Shown: piece by piece, positions 57,639-64,000 of the stretch
Numbering within the stretch: the stretch's first letter is position 1
Layout: every line of letters begins with the position of its first letter
Source: a virus
IMG/VR virus record: IMGVR_UViG_3300011115_000879
Location: 64,001-128,000 of that record
DNA length: 64,000 nucleotides
Direction: 5' to 3' (one strand)
Made by a program: the position numbers and the translations under genes
The notes under the pieces: generated by a model
Seen by the model: only the letters and a program-made list of their open reading frames with translations
Told to the model about the DNA's origin: nothing
The model's database searches: none

Positions 57639-60158
57639 ATGGCTACACCATCAACACCCACACCACAAGAACTTCAAAAACTAGTTGATCTATTTAAAAG
57701 CGTAGAAGGCTATACAGATAGAACAGCTAAGGATATGGCTGATATAGTAGTTAGTGCAGGGAATTGGCAGAAAAAAACAGCAGCTCTTGAAAGAGATTTT
57801 TATTCAATGGGAGATTCATTTTCTAGTATGGCTAGATCATTGAAAGATTCTATTCAAGAATTTCAAAAAATGGATACACATGCTGCTTCTACTAAAAAAT
57901 CATTTGGAGCTTTACAAAGTATATCTTCTAAATTAGCTAGTGACCAATCTGGATTTTCACGATTGTCTGAAAAAGAACTTAAAACTTTAAAACAAAAAGT
58001 TGCATTAGAATCTACAAGTATAGCAAATAATATAAAATCATTAAGCGGTGGTCAAAAACAAGAAGCAATAGAAGTACTTAGTCAAACAAAAAAATTAACA
58101 GAATTAGTAGAAGAAAGACTAGATAGAGAAAAAGAAGTAACAAAAGCTGTAGGTCTTACCGGAAACGCTCTTACATTACTAAATAAACTACCAGGTATTG
58201 CTGGTGCTCTCAAAACAGAAGAAGCACTAGAGGAAATGAAGGATCTTGCCGATAAAATGAAAGATGAAGGCAAAAATATAAATAGTTTTGGAAATAAATT
58301 AAAAATAGCAGGAGTTGGTTTTAAAAAAGCATTTTCAGGATTAAAAGAATCTTTAACGGATCCTGTAGCTATTTTAACATTTATAGTTACACAAGCATTA
58401 AAAGCAAATACCCAGGTAGTTGAGATGGGTAAATCTTTAGGCAAAGATTCATCAACATATAGAGAAAATATAGCGAGTATTGCTAGAAATTCTACTAATA
58501 TTAATATGACTACCGCTAATTTAGTTGAGTCATATAGTGAATTGGTAAAAGCAACAGGATTAGCATATGAGTATAATGAAGATCAACTTACAACTCAGAC
58601 TAAATTAACTAAACAAGTAGGATTAACAGCTGAAGAAGCAAGTAATATAGCACGTTTAGGAATATTAAATAATAAAACATCCGAATCAACATATAATAGT
58701 TTTGTTAAGGGGTTAGTAGCATCTAGAAATCAACTTAAAGTTGGTATTGATTTTAAAGCAACTTTAGCTGAAGCAGCAAATGTATCAGGTCAATTAGCTG
58801 CTAATTTAGGATACAACCCAGAACGTATAGCTAAAGCAGTGGTAACTGCTAAAGCATTCGGTATGACTTTAGAACAAGTAGCTAAAGCCGGAGATTCATT
58901 ATTAAATTTTGAATCATCACTTGAAAATGAATTAAAAGCTGAATTATTAACAGGTAAACAATTAAATCTTGAACGAGCTAGAGCAGCAGCTCTATCTGGT
59001 GACCAAGTAACACTAGCTGAAGAATTAGCAAAAAATGTAGGTACATCTGCTGAATTCTCTAAAATGAATGTATTACAACAACGTTCATTAGCTGAGGCTG
59101 TTGGTATGACAGCAGATGAATTGGGGAATACATTAAAGAAAAGAGAAGAAGCATTAAAGAGTGGCAAATCATTAGCTCAGGTAAATGAAGAAGAAGCTAA
59201 AAAAGCACTTGAACGCCAAAGTATACAAGATAAATTTAATGCATCTATACTTAAATTACAAGATTTCTTTGGTAATCTAATGGCAGGACCTGTTGGCCAA
59301 TTGTTGGATGTTATAACTACAATAGTTGGATTAATATCAGATGTACTACAACCCATACTTAATGTTGTATTTACTCCTATTAGATGGGCTGCTCAACTAT
59401 TAGAAAAAATGGGAGGGAGTCTAAAATATCTTGTGGGGTTAGCTATTATATATAAAGGAGTTCAATTAGGAATTAATATAGCTAAACAAACCCAATTTGG
59501 TCTTGATGTCGCTAGCATGATGAAAGAAGAGGGTAGTTTAGGTTTTAAAACAGCATCGGCATTAGTAGAAAAAGAATCATTAGCTACAAAAATAGCAACA
59601 TATGCCGTAACAGGAGGTATGTTAGTTTATGAAAAAGCTAAACAAGCTGTATTATTTGTACAAGAAGGTATTGAAGGTGCAATATTAGCAATTAAAGAAA
59701 GTTCATTATTATTAACTATTAGAGAAGCATGGAAAAGCATAGCAGGAGCTGCAGCATCAGCATACGAATCTGCTGCTAAAATCCCATATGTTGGTTGGCT
59801 TTTAGGAGGAGTAGCAGCCGCCGGTGCAATAGCATTAGGAGCTTCATTAATGAGTAAAGGAGATGACGTTATGTCATCACCAGGATACGGTAATAGAGTT
59901 TTATCAACTGGTGAAGGATCAATAGCATTAAATAATAAAGATACAGTTGTAGCTGGTACAGATTTATTTGGAGGAGGCGGAAATAAAGCAGGTGGTGAAT
60001 CAATACAAGGTCCATCAATAGACCTAACACCAATGATAATAGCAATAAATGCTGTTAAAGCATCAGTAGACCGTTTATATCATAAAGATCAATCAGTTCA
60101 CATGGATGGTAAAAAAGTAGGTACTACCTTATCACAAGGCTCACATAAGGTAGCATAA
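57639..60158 (+). CDS. Tape measure protein
   Basis: 839 aa, Ala/Leu/Lys helical with hydrophobic C-terminal stretches; canonical position after the chaperone. Confidence 0.8.
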   Translation: MATPSTPTPQELQKLVDLFKSVEGYTDRTAKDMADIVVSAGNWQKKTAALERDFYSMGDSFSSMARSLKDSIQEFQKMDTHAASTKKSFGALQSISSKLASDQSGFSRLSEKELKTLKQKVALESTSIANNIKSLSGGQKQEAIEVLSQTKKLTELVEERLDREKEVTKAVGLTGNALTLLNKLPGIAGALKTEEALEEMKDLADKMKDEGKNINSFGNKLKIAGVGFKKAFSGLKESLTDPVAILTFIVTQALKANTQVVEMGKSLGKDSSTYRENIASIARNSTNINMTTANLVESYSELVKATGLAYEYNEDQLTTQTKLTKQVGLTAEEASNIARLGILNNKTSESTYNSFVKGLVASRNQLKVGIDFKATLAEAANVSGQLAANLGYNPERIAKAVVTAKAFGMTLEQVAKAGDSLLNFESSLENELKAELLTGKQLNLERARAAALSGDQVTLAEELAKNVGTSAEFSKMNVLQQRSLAEAVGMTADELGNTLKKREEALKSGKSLAQVNEEEAKKALERQSIQDKFNASILKLQDFFGNLMAGPVGQLLDVITTIVGLISDVLQPILNVVFTPIRWAAQLLEKMGGSLKYLVGLAIIYKGVQLGINIAKQTQFGLDVASMMKEEGSLGFKTASALVEKESLATKIATYAVTGGMLVYEKAKQAVLFVQEGIEGAILAIKESSLLLTIREAWKSIAGAAASAYESAAKIPYVGWLLGGVAAAGAIALGASLMSKGDDVMSSPGYGNRVLSTGEGSIALNNKDTVVAGTDLFGGGGNKAGGESIQGPSIDLTPMIIAINAVKASVDRLYHKDQSVHMDGKKVGTTLSQGSHKVA

Positions 60159-60189
60159 TATTTTAATATTTATATCAAATAACAATACA

Positions 60190-60531
60190 ATGGCAATAAT
60201 AGATCAATTATCAGAAAGCAACTTAAGCTTAGCAGGCAACGGTTTCAACCCACAACCTCATTCACCAGCCTGGGGATATGTAGATAATACTGGTAATCTC
60301 GACCCAGCAGCAAGTAGTCTACAAGACACATACTCAGTAAATGGTATCCCTAATGTTAAATTAGTAGATTTTAACAAAAATGGTGTATCTAATGTAAACG
60401 CTGAGAGTAGATTAGATGAATTAGATTCTCGCGCTCCAAAATTAACACCACGCGGAGTAGTATCACAAGCATATAAATCAAGAACAGGCAATAGATACAA
60501 AGACTTAGGACCAGCAGGAGGACGCTACTAA
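60190..60531 (+). CDS. Hypothetical tail-region protein
   Basis: 113-aa ORF after ATATTTAT at 60166. Confidence 0.5.
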   Translation: MAIIDQLSESNLSLAGNGFNPQPHSPAWGYVDNTGNLDPAASSLQDTYSVNGIPNVKLVDFNKNGVSNVNAESRLDELDSRAPKLTPRGVVSQAYKSRTGNRYKDLGPAGGRY

Positions 60532-60541
60532 TACTACATAA

Positions 60542-62998
60542 ATGGGTTTAATAGACTTAAAAACAGACCTTAAATCACTTAGGTACGGACAAGATCGTCC
60601 TGGAGGGGGAGATAGTGGTCAACCTTACATTAAAACTAATATTAATACTGTTAGTAATGGTAAATTAATCAAAATTGATGATGGTTTAGTTAGAGGTGGA
60701 TTTCTTGGTTCACAAGCAAAATCCGCTACTGATACATTGCGTATTAGTAAATTTTTAATAGACGCTCCTAGAGGCCCATTATTTATAGTTAAACAAATAG
60801 GATTACAATTATCAGGTCCTCGTTTAGAATCAAAAGAATTAAAAGTAGATAAAGCTACTAAGGGAGGTGGTTTCTTTAAGAATGCTACTAACCTTATATC
60901 TAATGTAGTAAATAAAATAGAAAACGCAGTAGGACCTACTCGTATATATAATTTAGGAATAAATACATTAGCACAAGTACAAGTAAATGCATTAGGAGGT
61001 CATATAGTAAGACATGGTTTTCTACCCATAGAAGATCCAAGTAAATATTATGAATCTGTAGTAAAAAATAATGCTGGATTAATAGATGATAATGTTAATC
61101 ATGCTATAAGCTCAAATAGACTATTAAAACTATCAACCAGATTTTCTCTAGGACGATTTGGAGCTGAAGAAAATTTAAAAATAAATACAATAATATCTAA
61201 GAATAGAAGCATATTCCAAGTAGCTGGTATGTTTCTTCTTAATACAAATCCCCTAATACCGTTAACATCATCTGATAAACAATCATTAGCCGCTAAATAC
61301 GCCACTAGTAAATTCCCAGCATTTAATGGAGATGATGGAATATTAAATCAATATATAGGGGGACCAGGATCTGTTTATGGCATTGGAAGTACTGTTATTA
61401 AAAGAGCAACAGGAGGTGAAACTGGTCAAACAATATCAAAAGCAAATGCTAAAAAGAGAAGTAATGCAGGTACTATATCAGGAACAAAAATTACAGATAC
61501 ATTTGATTGGGGTATATCTACAATTACAGGATCAAAATATAAGGCCAATGGTAGGTTAACATTTGATTTATTACAAGATCCAAAAAATCAACTAAATGGT
61601 TCTTTTATAGATAATGTATCTAGTGATAGTGATAGACGTGTTGACTATATCCATAAAACAAACGCAATCTATAATGCTAATGCTGAACTTAGATATAATA
61701 CTAAATTTTACTTTGGCGTTTCAAATTACGCTTCCTCATCTTTAACAAACACAACATTTGATACAAATAGATCAAGTAGTATATCTGATAAATCAAATAA
61801 TAGTCCCATAACATTAAATGATAGGACAGCTATTTCTGATCTATCTGGAGATAAATCGGGGTTATATAAAATCCCTACTACTGTAAATTATTATGGTACA
61901 TTAGGACTATCAAATCAGTATTTTAGTAGTAGTGAAGCGGCGGATGTGGGAGTTAATCCCCAAACTAAACGTAAAACTGTTGATAATGCTTTTACTAATA
62001 CATTAAAAGAAATAAATAAGTTAACTACATCTATTACTATACCTAATAATCTTACCACCGCTACTGTATCAGCAGGTATATTTAATCCTCAATATCGAAC
62101 CTATAGAAAAATAATTGATAATAGGCAGTTTAGAGAAAATATAGATGACGGAATAAACGAATTTGGAATATACGGTGAAAATGCAACAAACGCTAAAACT
62201 TTAAGTTTCTATAAAAACGGTATACTTCCAACCTCTACTAATTATCCAAAATATAAAAATGCATATGGTGATATAGTAACCCAAAAAATACAATGGAATG
62301 AGGCCTCACGCGAAATTAGAATTGGGAGCGGCAGAACTGATAGTGTAAATTTAACACCAATATTGGATGGTGTTGAAAGTTATGATGGACAGGATGTAAG
62401 GGGAGGTCATGATTATAGAGATTTAGTTAAATTTAAAATACAAGCAATAAATACAGATACTCCTGATACAACATCATTAATGGTATTTAGAGCATATTTA
62501 ACAGGATTATCAGATAGTGTAGATGCATCATGGCAAGATATAAAATATGCTGGTAGAGGAGATAAGTTCTACATATATGATGGATTTACTAGAAAAATGA
62601 GTGTATCATTTAAAGTAGCAGCATTATCTGTAAAAGAAATGCAACCAATGTATCGAAAATTAAATTTTTTAATGGGTAATTTAATGCCTGATTATAAAGA
62701 TAATTTAATGAGAGGTCCACTTGTTAGAATGACTATAGGTAACTATATTGATGCCCAATTATGTAAACTAGACTCAGTATCATACACAATACCAAACGAT
62801 TCACCATGGGAAATAGCAATGGATGAACCAGAAGGTGGAGCTAGAACATTAATATTACCTCATATTATAGAAGTACAATTAAGCTTTACTCCTATTGGAT
62901 CTGAATCTAATGGAAGTAATAAAATACAAAGTAAATCTCAAACTACATCTCATATTGCTCAAAATAACACTGGTACTCTGTATCAATATATACAATAA
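60542..62998 (+). CDS. Baseplate/tail-tube initiator-like protein
   Basis: C-terminal FRAYL..LSD...W....YAGR....YIY.GFTR..S.SF...PLVRMTIG pattern of tube-initiator domains. Confidence 0.6.
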   Translation: MGLIDLKTDLKSLRYGQDRPGGGDSGQPYIKTNINTVSNGKLIKIDDGLVRGGFLGSQAKSATDTLRISKFLIDAPRGPLFIVKQIGLQLSGPRLESKELKVDKATKGGGFFKNATNLISNVVNKIENAVGPTRIYNLGINTLAQVQVNALGGHIVRHGFLPIEDPSKYYESVVKNNAGLIDDNVNHAISSNRLLKLSTRFSLGRFGAEENLKINTIISKNRSIFQVAGMFLLNTNPLIPLTSSDKQSLAAKYATSKFPAFNGDDGILNQYIGGPGSVYGIGSTVIKRATGGETGQTISKANAKKRSNAGTISGTKITDTFDWGISTITGSKYKANGRLTFDLLQDPKNQLNGSFIDNVSSDSDRRVDYIHKTNAIYNANAELRYNTKFYFGVSNYASSSLTNTTFDTNRSSSISDKSNNSPITLNDRTAISDLSGDKSGLYKIPTTVNYYGTLGLSNQYFSSSEAADVGVNPQTKRKTVDNAFTNTLKEINKLTTSITIPNNLTTATVSAGIFNPQYRTYRKIIDNRQFRENIDDGINEFGIYGENATNAKTLSFYKNGILPTSTNYPKYKNAYGDIVTQKIQWNEASREIRIGSGRTDSVNLTPILDGVESYDGQDVRGGHDYRDLVKFKIQAINTDTPDTTSLMVFRAYLTGLSDSVDASWQDIKYAGRGDKFYIYDGFTRKMSVSFKVAALSVKEMQPMYRKLNFLMGNLMPDYKDNLMRGPLVRMTIGNYIDAQLCKLDSVSYTIPNDSPWEIAMDEPEGGARTLILPHIIEVQLSFTPIGSESNGSNKIQSKSQTTSHIAQNNTGTLYQYIQ

Positions 62999-63297
62999 TG
63001 GCACGATATTCAAACTCAACAATATTAAAAACATCAACAGGTACACCATATTATAGAGGTAAACTTTACCCTATTATGCCATTATCTGAAGATGATAATT
63101 ATGTTATCACAACAGTTGGAGATAGACTTGATAATTTAGCATATCAATATTATCGTGACTCCGAATTATATTGGATTATATCAATTGCTAACAACAATAT
63201 AACAAAAGGATCAATATTCCCCATACCTGGTACACAATTAAGAATACCAGGAAATATAAACCCATTTTTAAATCTATTCAGTCAGACCAATAGATAA
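62998..63297 (+). CDS. LysM-like baseplate wedge protein (T4 gp53 / P2 gpX-like)
   Basis: GDRLDNLAYQYYRDSELYWIISIAN...GTQLRIP. Confidence 0.8.
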   Translation: MARYSNSTILKTSTGTPYYRGKLYPIMPLSEDDNYVITTVGDRLDNLAYQYYRDSELYWIISIANNNITKGSIFPIPGTQLRIPGNINPFLNLFSQTNR

Positions 63298-63302
63298 ATG
63301 TT

Positions 63303-64000
63303 ATGTCAATATTTAAAGATACATTTAAAAAAGGAATTAGTGACCAACTAAAGATACGCCAGGATGCTATAAATACTCGTAGTTTCCAAAATCTAACATA
63401 CTTAAATTCGCGTAATGCGTGGATTAAAATGACATCTTCCGTTAATGTAGGAGGTACAGCAGATTTAGCTGTTAAATACATTCTACAGGGAGGAATTTTA
63501 TCTGGGGGTAAATTAAGATCAGGATTAGGAGCAAATGGAGCTTATAATAATATTAGTCCAAATGGACAAAATTATGGCCAAATGGACAATTCACGATCCT
63601 TAACAGCAGGAACCTCTGGTATAAGACCAATGCCTGGTATTACTGATATTAATGTTAAATCAAAAGGAGCCTATGGTTCATTAAGAGAAGTAACAGTAAA
63701 TTTCCAATGTTGGGATATCCATCAATTAGAAGATCTAGAGCTACTATACATGAGACCAGGATATTCAGCTTTAGTAGAATGGGGTTGGTCTCCATATCTA
63801 GATAATAGCGGTAAACTTATATCTACAGTAGATACTACCCAAGTTAATATATTAAGCAACAGTGGAGGTAAGAAAACCAAAGAAGATGTATGGAAATCCA
63901 TATTTGATAAATCATCAACAGATGGAAACTATGATGCTGTATATGGTATTATAAAAAACTTTGGTTGGTCAGCACGTCCTGATGGGGGGTATGACTGTCA
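63303..64000 (+). CDS. Baseplate hub/tail protein, N-terminal part (3' truncated)
   Basis: MSIFKDTF...PMPGITDINVKSKGAYGSLREVTVNFQCW...VEWGWS; frame open to the window end. Confidence 0.6.
   Translation, partial: MSIFKDTFKKGISDQLKIRQDAINTRSFQNLTYLNSRNAWIKMTSSVNVGGTADLAVKYILQGGILSGGKLRSGLGANGAYNNISPNGQNYGQMDNSRSLTAGTSGIRPMPGITDINVKSKGAYGSLREVTVNFQCWDIHQLEDLELLYMRPGYSALVEWGWSPYLDNSGKLISTVDTTQVNILSNSGGKKTKEDVWKSIFDKSSTDGNYDAVYGIIKNFGWSARPDGGYDC

Larger units (their letters stand above)
1282..60173 (+). promoter_or_regulatory. Dispersed late-promoter-like motif ATATTTAT (at least 23 copies upstream of genes)
   Basis: Copies start at 1282, 6096, 6142, 11176, 14897, 17808, 19729, 22267, 24461, 26073, 27999, 31648, 32679, 37368, 38080, 44574, 48038, 52515, 52959, 53819, 55983, 56564, 57613 and 60166; nearly all are intergenic and shortly before a start codon. 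Confidence 0.75.

Noticed and set aside
1780-63481. All minus-strand ORFs and short alternate-frame plus-strand ORFs in the track
   Set aside because: They lie within well-supported + strand genes and read as antisense shadows (poly-Ser opposite the Glu-rich scaffold, poly-Pro opposite the Gly-rich adhesins).
1-64000. Stop-codon reassignment
   Set aside because: Conserved genes are full length in the standard code, and TAG and TGA both end genes at sensible positions.

Overview
The window is 64 kb of a large, AT-rich T4-like myovirus genome with every credible gene on the + strand and the standard genetic code. It holds most of the virion morphogenesis region: baseplate-type genes, terminase large subunit, portal, prohead protease, scaffold, two tandem major capsid protein paralogues, PhoH, neck and tail-terminator genes, tail fibres, three glycine-rich adhesin paralogues, sheath, tube, a frameshifting tail chaperone, tape measure and baseplate genes. 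A primase/exonuclease/GIY-YIG island and a few metabolic genes are interspersed. Promoter-like sequences and the near absence of Shine-Dalgarno sites suggest a Bacteroidota host (inference). The strongest leads are: (1) an apparent capsid-cargo addressing system, in which about 18 unrelated proteins carry leaders ending in (L/I)-x-E or the scaffold's own RMQxLA tail motif, with cargo including two nucleotidyltransferases, a five-domain polyprotein, a PD-(D/E)XK nuclease and a HiPIP-like protein; (2) two near-identical capsid genes that differ mainly in the insertion domain; (3) a non-coding array of three hairpins at exact 33-nt period with a conserved UGNNNAAAAU loop; (4) strong enrichment of [ST]-[GA]-S in outer-surface virion proteins; (5) a +1/-2 frameshift in the tail chaperone. 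All functional calls come from motif reading by eye; no database searches were run.
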